Notes: generated from the letters alone by a model not told the origin. DNA of 64,000 nucleotides from Fimicolochytrium jonesii (GCF_025526975.1 NW_026515677.1:186001-250000); one strand, 5' to 3'. Shown: positions 39,798 to 54,291, counted from the stretch's first letter. Numbers and translations are program-made.

Positions 39798-41967
39798 TCA
39801 ATAATACCGCCCAGTACTCCCCCCAACCCTCTCATCAGCATAAACCCCCGTATCCGCGACGCCTCCCCTGACTCCAACCCGGGGGATAGTCCTCGCATAC
39901 CGGTCCGCGTAATCCCTCCCCACGGGGGTGCCCACATCACGAGGGTATTCCCCACCCCTCTCACTCGAATAATCACGGGCATCCCCAATCACAGTCGCGT
40001 TCGCCGACCCGGCAGATATCCCACCACCCCGTTTCGACGGCATTCCCGCAGCGACCACCTCGCCCACCGGCGCGGTCCAGTCTACGAACTGTCGGTCGTA
40101 TTCGGTTTGATACGCTGATGCTCGCGTCGGATCCCCTCCTCCGTATGACTTATACGACGCCGGGCGGGTGTAGTCCTTCAACGTAAGCGTGCTGTGCGTG
40201 TGCGGGTCATATGTCGTTGCTGTAGGGTAGGTGTGGAGGGGCCGGTAGGCGTATGGAGGGGCTGAGTAGGGAGGGAACGCGGTTGTTGCCGTTGTGGCCG
40301 TATGTGGCGTGTTCGGCGGTGATGGTAGCGTAGAAATGCCGAGTAGGTGAGTTGTGGGCGGGGTAGGCGACGTCCCCGCTGTGCGCACTTTCTCCGGTTC
40401 GAAGTGCACGGCGGGACGGGTGGGGGAGGTTGCTCTGCTGATGTTGGTGGATGTGGGGTGGGTGGACGGTTGGGGTGGGTTTGTCGATGTCCATGCCGTG
40501 GAGGTGCGGGCGGGGGAGATGGGTCTACTGTTGCCTGTGCTGGTCGTGGCACGGACGGGTGAGGATGCACGACTTCGTCGCGGGGAACTGTTGTTCGATT
40601 CTCGGATGGTGGATTGTGCCGGCGTGTTTACGTAGCTTCTCGCCGGCGATCCGTTATCACGAAAGCCATACCGCACTCCAGCAGCCTCCCTATCCACCCC
40701 CTGATCATACCTCCCCACGACCTTCTCACCCCTTCCCACCATCCCCCCTTTCCTCAAATGATAATCCCTCCCCTCCTCATCCCCATCCACCGGCACAAGA
40801 TCCGTCACCACCCTTCTATAATCATGCATCGTTCCCGGTCCATACCCATACACCGGCGAAAACACGCGGGAGGGCGGGAGGGTTGTCGGTGTGTTGAAGA
40901 TGATTTGGTCCCGCGCGGGTAAGGTGGCGCCGGAGGGGAGGCCGGCGGGGCGGACGTAGGATTGGAGGGTGCGGGCAGGGGAGGTGTGGGGGGGTGGGGC
41001 GGTGTAGAGGGGGGCGGGTGGGGGTGGTGCTGAATAAGTGGGTACTGGGGCGATGGATGTGCTGTTGGGGTCGTACCGATAATCATATCCGTGGGGTGGT
41101 GCGGTGTACGATGCGGGTGCTGGTACCGCAGTCGTGGCAGGATACGTCGTCGCAGTTGTCGCAGGGGCAGTCAATGCACAATACTCCCCACCCCTCTCCC
41201 TCTCCACCGCCGTCGCCGTCGTCGCAACGGGAGCAGCAGCTGCACGATACTCCCTCTCCCTCTCCCTCGCAGTCACAGAAGAGGCAGGACTCTCTCCCCC
41301 AAACCGATGCCCCGCAATCGTAATCCCAGGATACCTCTCCCCCGCCTCCACAGCCGCCGCATTACTGGACCTCGACACCGTCCGCGTCCGATTCCTCGAA
41401 ACCTCATCCGCCACAATCCTTTCCCGCTCCAGCTCTCGAAGTCGGTCACTCGCCCTGCTTTCCGCTCTCGATTGCACTGGCATCGTCATCGTCTTCGGGG
41501 GTGATACCGTGGTCGTTGTGGTTGTCGCCGCAGCAGTTCCTCTCAGATCATCACCGCGCTGCACACCATCCAAATACGCATCCCGACCATCGCCTGCTAT
41601 CCCAGGCCCGTTGGAGCTCGTCACGCGGTAATGATCGGAAATGGGCAGTGGCACCGACGTGGGATCGGCGATGTCGTCAGGGACCTGCACTGCGTCGTCG
41701 TGTGATGTTGGGATGTTGGGTTTCCACGCGAATTGGCGCTTAGAGTTTATAATCCAAAATCAACAACGAGTATGAGTGATTGAACATTTAACCCACGAAC
41801 AGACGGCCGCGAGAGGAAAATATCTGATTTCACACGATTCTGGGAAGCACGGTGACATGTAGGGAGTGTTTCGGACACGTTACCTGGTACTCAGAGCGCC
41901 AGATGGGCGAGATGGAGGGTGGCGCGACGAGGTGCTTGAAGCGGCGTTGTTGGAGGTGGTAGGACAT
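39798..41967 (-). CDS. Disordered P/T/S-rich protein with MDM1/SAXO-type microtubule-binding motifs
   Basis: Exon 1 (41967-41884, 28 codons) and intron 41883-41739 (GTAACG...AAG) join in frame to the 630-aa ORF, giving SEYQ|RQFAWKP. A second motif YQTEYDRQFVDW lies near 40085-40115. Confidence 0.7.
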
Positions 41968-42269
41968 GACACTGTGATATGGGTCGTGCGGGGTCACCTC
42001 TTCGCTCGGTGGTTTGCTGCCGGTATTCTGTGTGATCGTCGGATGCGTGGAGGGGTGATGGGCGGGTTGCGGAGAAGGGTTCCTACTGCGACGAACGCGT
42101 CACTTCCTTTTCGTCTCCCTGCGCAGGACGTGTTTTCGCCTTTTCGCAGGTGTTCCCAACGGCAGGAGGGGTTGCGGCAGATATACTGCGTCCCAACACC
42201 AGAAGGAAGTCGCAGATAAGAGCAGCGCTATGTTGTATGTAAACACTTTGTGCATTTCGCAATTTTGAA

Positions 42270-42360
42270 AAGCCACCTGGATATATACAAGTTGCCATCA
42301 TCGGCGACGCCTCAGGCAGAGGTACAATGATGTGGATGGCAGATAACCACCACGGAAAAT
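42270..42360 (-). ncRNA. Candidate Fanzor omegaRNA (scaffold plus flanking guide)
   Basis: Lies just 3' of the Fanzor stop. The minus strand offers stems CATCATTG/CGATGATG, inner CCTC/GAGG, and TGCCATC/GATGGCA or GTGGTGG/CCATCCAC. It abuts the putative right end. Confidence 0.55.
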
Positions 42361-42380
42361 GGGATGGGGTGAAATCTAGA

Positions 42381-45374
<2,994 letters not shown>

Positions 45375-46119
45375 GATGGCTGTGCTGTGCTGTGCTGTGC
45401 AGGCAAGTGGTGAGATCAAGGGGACCGAGCAAGGGGACCGAGCAAGGGGACCGAGCAACACATCCTGCTTACCTGCGATGTGTTGAAGGCTTTTAGAGAT
45501 TGGTTGGGGGTTTGCCTTGATGTGCGAGGCTGTAAGGCTGTAAGGCCGAGGGTGAAGGCATTAGGTCCGACCGCGATGGCAATGGCGGTGGCAATGGCGG
45601 TGGCAAAGGCGATGGCAACGGTGAAGGCTCTCGAGGTGAGGTTAGAGTGATCCGTTTTCGGTAGTGTGAGGGATTGCCGCGGGGTGAGGGATTGCTGCTG
45701 TTACCTGGAGGTGGTCGGCGGGATGTGTACTGTATATGTACAGAGGCGCTCGCAATTGCGTTGGGAAGGAAGAGGGTTGGGAAGCAAGTTGGGAAGGAAG
45801 GAAGGGCCTACGTCCTCCCCACTCGTCCGAGATCCATTTTTGGAGGTAAGAAGCGCGATATATTCGACGGCACTGATACCACCAGATATGTACAAAAGTC
45901 TAGGGAGGTGGAGGAGGTGGGTGGGTAAAAAGCGTACGATGTATCTCGGTCGTCGTGGGAAAAAAGGATAAAGGAAAGGAAAGAGGACAATAGAGCACAG
46001 TAGACGGAAGGATTTGTAGGCTCAGCGCTCCACGGTTTTTTTTTACGACTGGGAGAGGTTTTTACCGAGGCATCCACGACTACGACGGCGAAGCGATGGC
46101 GAAAGTTGATGGCGTAACC

Positions 46120-46337
46120 AATCGCGAGACCGGCTCCTATTCCAAGCTGGCCTCGAGCGATCGTGACTTGAAGAGTGAATCGCGAGACCGGCCCCTACTC
46201 CAAGCTGGCCTCAAGCGATCGTGACGTGAAGAGTGAATAGCGAGACCTGCCCCTACTCCAAGCTGGCCTCAAGCGATCGTGACGTGAAGAGTGAATCGCG
46301 AGACCTGCCCCTACTCCAAGCTGGCCTCAAGCGATCG
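46120..46337. repeat. 58-bp tandem repeat, about 3.75 copies
   Basis: Units start at 46120, 46178, 46236 and 46294 (AATCGCGAGACC...TCCAAGCTGGCCTCAAGCGATCGTGACGTGAAGAGTG). Confidence 0.95.
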
Positions 46338-46629
46338 CGGAAGTTGAGAGCGGAACGTTCCATGGGATCAGAATGCAGAGCGACTGCGACGGCGACTGAA
46401 TTCGATCTGCAGTCTGAGAGGGAGTGTTATAAACAACCAGTTTCAGCCACAGCTTCCTTTTTATAGTTACCGTACCCCCCCTTTTCTTCTCTGCAGATAG
46501 AGAGCTGGTTGTGTGTGTGTGCAGACCGTCCGATCGAATCTATAAAACGAGTGGTGTGTGTGAAGGGGAATAAAGTAACGAGTTCCACAACAATCTTGTA
46601 GATTACCCCGTCGTCGGTGATGAGGTCCG

Positions 46630-47070
46630 CTAAGGTACGTTGTTCCTTGCGTTCTGTCCGACATGGAGAATGACCTTGGTGCGCTTCCGGGCCAAGTGAT
46701 CATAGACCATGTCTTTTGCTGCCGACACAGCAGAGGCGATGGGCGTACTGTCGTTGGCGCTGTCATCCGGCGTCGAAGCAGGCGAGGTTTGAGCTAGCTG
46801 CTCACGACGACGTGCGAGTAGGATTACGTTGCGACGACGAGCATTGTCAGTCGCGAGACGCTCTGTCTGTAAGGCGAGGACATCCACCTCTTCTCGAGAG
46901 AGGCGGATGCGCTCTTGTTCTTCAGCAGCGACGTCTGCCAGCTGCGCGGCAATTGCCTGAACGAATTCTGGGTTGGTGGACGGCTCCGACGAGCTTTGAG
47001 CTTCCGATATTGTGTTGAGAATTGGGCTGAGAATGACGCTGAGGTTGTTAGGCTCAACGTCGTTTCTCAC
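46630..47070 (-). CDS. Hypothetical helical/coiled-coil ORF inside the element, possibly a fragment
   Basis: 146-codon frame containing AAEEQERIRLSREEVDVLALQTERLA. No ATG start, and an in-frame TGA lies shortly upstream. Confidence 0.35.
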   Translation of the reverse strand: MRNDVEPNNLSVILSPILNTISEAQSSSEPSTNPEFVQAIAAQLADVAAEEQERIRLSREEVDVLALQTERLATDNARRRNVILLARRREQLAQTSPASTPDDSANDSTPIASAVSAAKDMVYDHLARKRTKVILHVGQNARNNVP

Positions 47071-47649
47071 GAAGTGACTAGTGCACTTTGGGTGAAAACC
47101 CTTTCAAACGCCGTTTGCGGCGCTGCCCGTACCGTGTGTACTGTATGTGTATGGGATTCTGTGCATGAAGGCAGAATTGTTCGTGAGTACAGGCTAATTG
47201 TGAAAGGATTGAGAGCAAATGCTTATTCTGGAGTGTAGGACGTTGTGCGTCCGGTGATCCTTAGGTGTATTTGCTCGAGCGAAAAAAGAGATGGACGGGA
47301 AGGAGGGGGGATAAGGATGGGGATGTATTTATACTGCATATCGCTCGAGTGAAAGAAAAGAAGCTTAGTAAGCACAACCTTGAACGGAATCCATTATCGT
47401 TGTGGTCCATATGATCGGTGGACATCGACAGAGGAAGCCACCCTCATAGACTGGAGGACGAGGCTGGAAGACAGGCGTTGGAGGATAAATGGCTGAGGGA
47501 TAAGGAAAATGACGCATCACGCTTCAGATGCGTTTGATGAGGGGGATAACAGCGACTAGCTCCTTGCTCTTTTCCTTACTTTCCTTACTCTTTACTCCTA
47601 CATTTCGACATCTATACATCTTTTTCTTACATACATCTTTTTACTACAT

Positions 47650-48480
47650 CTACGGCGGTTGAGGTGTCATGTTCTCGCCTTGATAAACGGGCGAGTTGAA
47701 GCCTGGGATGAGGCCATAGCTCCCGAAGATGTCGCTGAAGTCCTTGTGTCTAGCTAGGACGCTCATTCGCCCGCCGAGTGCGCATTCATCTCCTCGTAGA
47801 TAGAAAAGGACACGGGGAGTGGGATCAGTCAGATGGAGGTGTGGTGAGGCTTCGCGAGTTGATGTGGATCGAGCTGCTCTGTAGCGCTCCAATGCATCCT
47901 GCGTGCGATCGAACGACATAGATATCATTAGAAAACACACCAGAGAGCAATTCTCCATGAGCTTCTTTTGCCATTTCTTGCGCGGGTCAAGAGGCACGAA
48001 TACAAGCGCTTCGTCGACATGTCCAGCTTGAAGCTCGAGAACCAGCTTGTCGACGAAGGGAGGGATGAGGAATGTCTTTCCCTGTTGTTCTGAGAGTCGC
48101 AACGCAGGAGGGTTGAGGTAGACAGAGTGCGCTTTGCCCGTCCATTCGCTGGGATGTCGAGAAACCTCGTTGTCGGAGGCTGGGACGTGCCATGTGTATC
48201 TACAAAGCCGTGGGTTGTGGTGCGTCCGTATTGGCCTTTCGCATTGATCAACGACTCGGGATTAGAGCAAGGATCAAGGTCAAGGTTGGGGAAGAAGCGC
48301 GCGATGTCAGATGCGACGAATTGCGAGGTGTTGTACTCGTTTTCAGGCACATCAGTGGGCCGCGCGGCGTGTCGAAAGCGATCGCTGCGTACGAATGCCT
48401 GTTGAGGGGTTGCAGCGTCGGAAGCGCTGGGTTGGGTACCGGAAGCAGCGCTGGGTTGCGAGGCTGGGATTGGTTGACTA
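47650..48480 (-). CDS. Phage-Dam-like DNA amino (N6-adenine) methyltransferase, split by a frameshift or weak intron
   Basis: Frame A reads ENEYNT...FFPNLDLDPCSNP (SAM-binding motif). Frame B reads EWTGKAHSVYLNPPA...FVDKLVLE...VDEALVFVP...KWQKKL...VCFL...F. The frame changes between about 48215 and 48150. Confidence 0.7.
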
Positions 48481-49017
48481 GCAAAGAAAAGGTAAAACGG
48501 TAAGGAGCGCGAAGAGTAAGGTAAGGAAAGAGTAAAGAGTAAGGATCCCCACGTTGGCTGATCGAGCGCCATGTCGCTTGATGACTGGGAGCTATCGCCG
48601 TCGACGTATGCAGACAGCACCCGCTGAATGCCGTTGGAACTGACGTCGTCACGCTGGCCATAGTCGTCGACACCACGGTCGTGCCCAGCAAGACCATCTC
48701 AACAAGAGTTCAAAGCCACGGGACAAAGCCGACCGGGAATAGACCCGATCCCCACCCCGTCTACCAAACGATGTGCATGTGCAAACTGAGCATTCTGTGC
48801 GTGTTTGATGGTTGAAAATTTACTGGATATATATGTACACTGGAGTGGAGAGGGAGTGATGCTATATACAGGGATTTGTGCGGAAGGGGAAAGGATGTTG
48901 CGCAACAAATACGCTTTTTCCGTCTCCGGATATGGTGAGCAGAAGCAGGTCTCAGATGGGGATGTGTACAAGGAAGAGGGGAGCGGAGGAAACTTCCAGA
49001 TCTCTCAGCGGGCGTAT

Positions 49018-50964
49018 CTAGAACGTGAAGTGCGTCACAAGAAGAGTAGAGAGCAGGGCAGCCCACACGCCGACCGACGTCGTCACTGTTGTGCTGGCAC
49101 CACTGATAGGACCCTCGGCAGTGATGGGGGCGGCTTCTCCGGGGGGCTTGGACTCGGCGGCCGCGGTGGCTTCCGTCTTGGCGCCTTCGGCGGACGGGGT
49201 GGCGCCTTCAACCTTTGCGCCTTCGGCGGCTGGCGTGGCTTCCGTCTTGGTGCCTTCGACCTTCTTTTCACCTTCAGCGGCGGGGCTTCCTTCGACCTTC
49301 TTTTCACCTTCAGCGGCCGGCTTGGCTTCTGTCTTTGCACCTTCGGCGGCGGGGGTGGCTTCGGTCTTTGCACCTTCGGCGGCAGGTGTGGCTTCTGTCT
49401 TTGCGCCTTCGGCGGGGGCGCCTTCGACCTTTGCGACTTCGACGGCGGGGCTTCCTTCGACTTTCTTTTCACCTTCAGCGGCCGGCTTGGCTTCTGTCTT
49501 TGCACCTTCAGCGGTAGGCGTGACTTCTGTCTTTGCACCTTCAGCGGCCGGCTTGGCTTCGGGTTTGGCACCTTCAGCGGGAGGTGTGTGTTCGGTCTTT
49601 GCGCCCTCAGCGGCCGGCTTGGCTTCGGGTTTGGCACCTTCAGCGGGAGGCGTGTGCTCAGTCTTTGCTCCCTCAGCAGCCGGCTTCGCTTCTGTCTTTG
49701 CACCTTCGGCGGCAGGCGCGCCCTCGGTCTTGACTTCGGTTTTAGCACCTTCAGCGGTCGGTGTCTCGACCTTCACGACCTCAACGGCAGCCTTCGCTCC
49801 TTCGGCGGTGGCTTCGGTCTTGACTTCGGTTTTGGCGCCTTCGGCGGTGGTCGTCTCCGTCTTGGTCTCGGCCTTGCCTTCGGCGGCGGCTCCGGTCTTG
49901 ACTTCCGTCTTGGCCCCCTCAGCCTTCGCCGGCTCACCACCCTCCAACTTCTTCCCCGACGGCGCACCGGGCTGCCCGACATTTTCATTGCCAACAATCA
50001 ACCTCGAGTTGAACTTGATGATACTGTTGAACGCCAAAAACTCATCCGAGGTGATCTTCATCGTGTCGTCCAAGATGTTGAAGATGACGCCCTCCGAGCA
50101 CGGCGGCGTCGTCAGGGATCCGCTGTACACCCACTCCTTCGACTTTGCGATCATGGGCGCCAGTGCCGCGAAGTTGAAGTTCTTGAGCTGGGTCGTGGTT
50201 CCCGTGGTCTTGATGGCCGAGAGGCCGGCGAGGATGGGGGTGAGGAAAGCGCGGGACGTGTCGGCGGCGACGGTAGCGGCATCGGCGAACTCGAACATGA
50301 CGGCGACGACGGCGATCTCCCCCGCGGCAGAGGTGTGGACCATGTGCATTTCCATGGGCAGCATTTGGCCGAATTTGCGGTGTTCCGAGGGGGTGTGGAA
50401 GTGGAATTGTTTGAGCTCGAAGAAGGTGCCGTTGGGGGTGCTGTAGCCTTGTTTGCCGGCGGATGCGGCGCCTTCTGCTCCGGCTGCGGGTGCGGGTGCG
50501 GCGCCTTTTTCTCCGGCTGCGGGTGCGGCGGCGGCGGCGCCTTCGGTTAAGGCGGCGGGGGCGGCGGGGATGTCGACTTGAATGGTCGTTCCGATGTTCT
50601 TGAAGGTGGCGTCAAAGTTGGTGGTGGTGTAGGTCGGCTTGACGATGTTTGATCCTGCTTCCTTGAGCAAAGATGCCGGGTCCGTCAGATCGATGGGGGA
50701 TTGAAACTTGCCCGTCTGGCAGGTCGTGGGCCAGGTCATGGGTCCGTCCGCGGCGCCGTAGCCGAACTTTATCTCGCCTTCGCGGCGGCCAAGACGCTGC
50801 TGCTGCTGCGGGGTGGCGAGCATCACATCGGCGAAGCAGTTTAGGTGGGGCTGGGAGTTGGAGATGGACCGTGGGCGGTAGCCTTGTGGGTGGGCCGAGG
50901 ATGTTGCGAAGTTGCTCAGCAGGACCGCTAAGGCGCCGATGGTCGACGATGTTGTGAAGTGCAT
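49018..50964 (-). CDS. Secreted, probably GPI-anchored alpha-carbonic anhydrase with long repetitive stalk
   Basis: Signal peptide, GKFQSPID, zinc ligands [10 protein letters not shown] and [20 protein letters not shown], many AEGAKTE-like repeats, hydrophobic C-terminus. Confidence 0.93.
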   Translation of the reverse strand: MHFTTSSTIGALAVLLSNFATSSAHPQGYRPRSISNSQPHLNCFADVMLATPQQQQRLGRREGEIKFGYGAADGPMTWPTTCQTGKFQSPIDLTDPASLLKEAGSNIVKPTYTTTNFDATFKNIGTTIQVDIPAAPAALTEGAAAAAPAAGEKGAAPAPAAGAEGAASAGKQGYSTPNGTFFELKQFHFHTPSEHRKFGQMLPMEMHMVHTSAAGEIAVVAVMFEFADAATVAADTSRAFLTPILAGLSAIKTTGTTTQLKNFNFAALAPMIAKSKEWVYSGSLTTPPCSEGVIFNILDDTMKITSDEFLAFNSIIKFNSRLIVGNENVGQPGAPSGKKLEGGEPAKAEGAKTEVKTGAAAEGKAETKTETTTAEGAKTEVKTEATAEGAKAAVEVVKVETPTAEGAKTEVKTEGAPAAEGAKTEAKPAAEGAKTEHTPPAEGAKPEAKPAAEGAKTEHTPPAEGAKPEAKPAAEGAKTEVTPTAEGAKTEAKPAAEGEKKVEGSPAVEVAKVEGAPAEGAKTEATPAAEGAKTEATPAAEGAKTEAKPAAEGEKKVEGSPAAEGEKKVEGTKTEATPAAEGAKVEGATPSAEGAKTEATAAAESKPPGEAAPITAEGPISGASTTVTTSVGVWAALLSTLLVTHFTF

Positions 50965-51642
50965 CGTGTGGGATGGGTGTCTCGCGAGAACGTAAGAAGC
51001 TCAGGAAATGTCGGACCGATGTGCGGGATGTCTGAAAGTGTTGGCTGGAGTACTGTATGTAGGCGACACCTGCTGGCTGATGAGAGGAAACGCAGGGGAG
51101 GGAGGCATTTGCTGTGGGCCCCTTTAAATACCTTCAAGCAACAACGGGAGCCTGCCCCCTTTCCTTCTTCTTTCCCACCGCCCAAATGCCGGTCCCCCCC
51201 GACGGGCGCACCACTCGGTGACACTCGGTGACAACTGTAAAAGCTACCCGCGCGCGCAGTTGTGCTGGATCCAGTTATTATTGCCCGCGACAAACCCGCC
51301 GGAGCGGGGGAACCTCAAACGGCAGGCAGCCCCCAGGAGCGGCGGGGGAACTCAATAACCTTGCGGGTCCGTATCACAACATGCACAGTAAGTAAGATCG
51401 AGACACCGAAAAGTCATGCTGGGGCGCACAGTGCGACCCCTGTGCAGAACAAACAGTAAAGGTGCGACGTGCAACCCGCCTTTTTGCGACTTTTCGCCCT
51501 GTTGCCATCAGACGGTGGATGAGGTCCCGCCTCCAGTAAGTCAGGTGCGCCGTTGTGGGTCAACCCTCTCCAGCGCACCCCCGCTCCTTTCCTCCTTTTC
51601 TCTCTTCAAACCGAGAGCTTGACCTGACGCGTTGGTACTGTA

Positions 51643-51768
51643 CAGTCACCTCGCAAAACTCTGTACCCCCCCCTGAAATAAATCAGCGACTGCCGCGACG
51701 CCAAATTCACGTGAGTGACCAATTTGATTTCAATTAGAGGGGGGGTACAGAGTTTTGCGAGGTGACTG
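51643..51768. mobile_element. 126-bp Tc1/mariner-type MITE
   Basis: Perfect 30-bp TIRs (CAGTCACCTCGCAAAACTCTGTACCCCCCC) with TA on both sides (51641-51642 and 51769-51770). Confidence 0.92.
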
Positions 51769-52661
51769 TACGTCGGAGAGGCCCGACTGCGGACCTATTA
51801 TTGCAATGCAGGATCTGAAACTGTGCCGAAGGTTTGAAACTTAAAGCGCCCCGCTTCTCCGCGCCAAAGCCCACGACCTTGGTAGCCAATGACCACACAG
51901 CAACGCCAGAAAGTTTAATTTCTTATTCAGCTACCGTGTTTCCGGATCTCTCCACATTCGACTGCGCAGACACACAAGGGGAGCTCACAGCGTCTCACCT
52001 CCCAAACTCCGCTCCAGGATGTTCTGCAATCAACAATCAGCCTGGAACCTAGATGAAGCACTGGGATTGAGAGTGCCAAGAGTGGCACGTTCCATCGCCG
52101 CAGGAAACACCTACTTAAACCCCCCCGACCCTGACTGCACCTCCCTCGCACAATGCCGAACGAACAATCGCCGGCCCTGTGTCTTTCCGTCGTTGATAAG
52201 GACAAGAGATCCAGTCATCCACCCACTATGCACGCAAAATAAACGCAGTACGTATCTCGCCTCATTACCTCCGCAGCCGCTGCAATAAGCGTTTGACGTA
52301 TGCGAAACTGCATGTACCGGCGCAACAGCAGGAGTTTCCACTCTCCGGCGTTCTCGACGGCGAATTTCGGACAACAGCCAAATGTGGTGGGGTGAAATGT
52401 TTCATTTTGCGATTCACAGAAGACAGTACGATATGATTTGAGATTAACCAAGTGGTACGATGAGGTACAAGATGACATCGAAGAAATTTGTACGCTACGC
52501 CATGGTCAGGGTTTGGAGAGTCGTGAGGGAAGAAGACCACTAAAATGCTACGCCGTGATGATCACATTCCAAAAGTGGAGTGCATCCAAAAAGAAGAACG
52601 AAGGGGAAGGGTGGAGCGGGGGGGGTATGGGAAAATGTACTTAAGAGTCCTCAAAAGTGCT

Positions 52662-53201
52662 TTACACACGGGCAGTCCAATCCCGGAAAGCCAGGGCCCA
52701 CATCGCCACAAAGACAGGGATGATGACCAAAAGCCACGCATCCGCGAACCGTCCAAACCTGCTCGATCCCCTCCCGACAGCCCACATGAACCCGACAATA
52801 ACCTGCACCCACATCAGCGCCATGAACCCCTTCGAGATCCCATTCACGAGATGGTTGACGGTGGTCACGACGAACGCGGACAGGAACTGGACCTGCAATG
52901 CATTGGTGGTGGTGTAAGTGTGCCTCTCCAAGCGCGCGCGGCGGGTTCCCGTGGTCCCCAGCGCCGATGACGTGTGGGCGGGAAGGATGTTACCGTCGGA
53001 GCCGGGGTGGTTGGTGGTGAGGGTGGTGGTACCGTTGTTGTGGGAGAGGTTGTCGTGAAGGGGGCGGAAGAGGCCGGTGAGGAGGTTGTGGATGAGGAGG
53101 GAGACCCACCAGAGGAGGAAGAGGACGAAGACGCCGGCCCAGGCGCGTTGGGCGGGTTCGGTGGGGAAGGTGTTGGGTTGAATGGTGTCGAAGGAGCCCA
53201 T
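52662..53201 (-). CDS. Small membrane protein (about 179 aa, about 4 hydrophobic segments)
   Basis: ATG at 53201, intronless, with TATAAAA about 150 bp upstream (53353-53347). Confidence 0.7.
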   Translation of the reverse strand: MGSFDTIQPNTFPTEPAQRAWAGVFVLFLLWWVSLLIHNLLTGLFRPLHDNLSHNNGTTTLTTNHPGSDGNILPAHTSSALGTTGTRRARLERHTYTTTNALQVQFLSAFVVTTVNHLVNGISKGFMALMWVQVIVGFMWAVGRGSSRFGRFADAWLLVIIPVFVAMWALAFRDWTARV

Positions 53202-54291
53202 TTTTTCTGTGTTTTTGGATTTGTGGGTTGGTTTGGAGTGTCGGTTGGGAGGGGATGCACTTGAGAAGGTGGTAACCCTGAAGCTGCTGTTGTTTTGGAA
53301 CTTGGCTGATGATATCGAGTTGGGGAGAAAGTTGAATACCACCCTCTTTTATAGGCGTTTCACTGCAGCCCTTTTGCCCGGCGGAAGAGCTTCCACACGC
53401 TGGGGTTTGCGGATATTTGGGCCAGCCTGCATCATGGAAACGTCGTTTCCCCTTGCTTAGTGATCAAATGGTCGTTGCGGATATTGGGCACCCGACCGTC
53501 ATCAGCAAAACGTTGCCAATTTCTGTTCTAAATGATCGAGTTATTGGGAAAGCTTCCATATGCCAATGACACATTACTGTATGTGTGGATCTTGCACAAG
53601 CTCATCGCCGAAGGAACGTGTCGTGAGCCGCGAGACCTTCGGGTCATGCAGTACCTTCGAATGTGACGGTAGACCCTTCATCACCATCACGTCGTGTGGC
53701 TGACCATACCATACATGTCGTCCATGCGGATGTTTTGTTCGCATGCCGACCTCAAGATCGACACCAATCGGTCGTCTTGGAGCGAGATTCAAATCCACAT
53801 CCCTTCATGCGGATATTGTTGTCGACTGTCTTTGTCGTCAGCGAACCGGCGCAAGAAAAAGGACCCCTTTCCGGTTTGTTCCAGTTACAAACGAGGCTTG
53901 TCGCCGGAAATGACGTTGGACTTACGCGTAACTTTGCGCTTGATTTCCATTGGCAACGGAAAGCGCTCGAATTCGACAGCGCGACGGCACGTGACTCATT
54001 TTATTGCTCTTTTCCTCGGTTTCTGTCACGACTATCCCGAAGATTGCAGAATCAGAATCCGCAATCTACAGTATACCTACGGGCAGGCAGCTGAACAGCG
54101 TAAGCCGACAGACTGTCCGCCTGTACTCAGCTGCACTCCCGTCCACCGCGACTGCTTTCCGGATGCCATAAAAACGGTTTCGTAATTGCCCGGAGAAAAA
54201 GAGATGCTGAAATCGCACGTTGCTTAGTTGACCGACTGGAATCACGTTCTCGGTCGCTACACTAAAACCACATCGCATCCCCCCAAATGTC

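Noticed and set aside
45420..45620. Short repeats upstream of Fanzor (13-bp unit x3 and GGCAATGGCGGT units)
   Set aside because: Simple slippage repeats in UTR or intron sequence with no evidence of function.
46120..46337. CRISPR-like array next to an RNA-guided nuclease
   Set aside because: Units are contiguous and near-identical with no unique spacers, so it is a tandem repeat.
47070..47130. KGFHPKC resembling part of a PHD finger upstream of the element's middle ORF
   Set aside because: It is preceded by an in-frame TGA and the other cysteine ligands cannot be found.
48805..50550. Long plus-strand ORFs of 581 and 473 aa
   Set aside because: Antisense shadows of the repetitive carbonic anhydrase gene.
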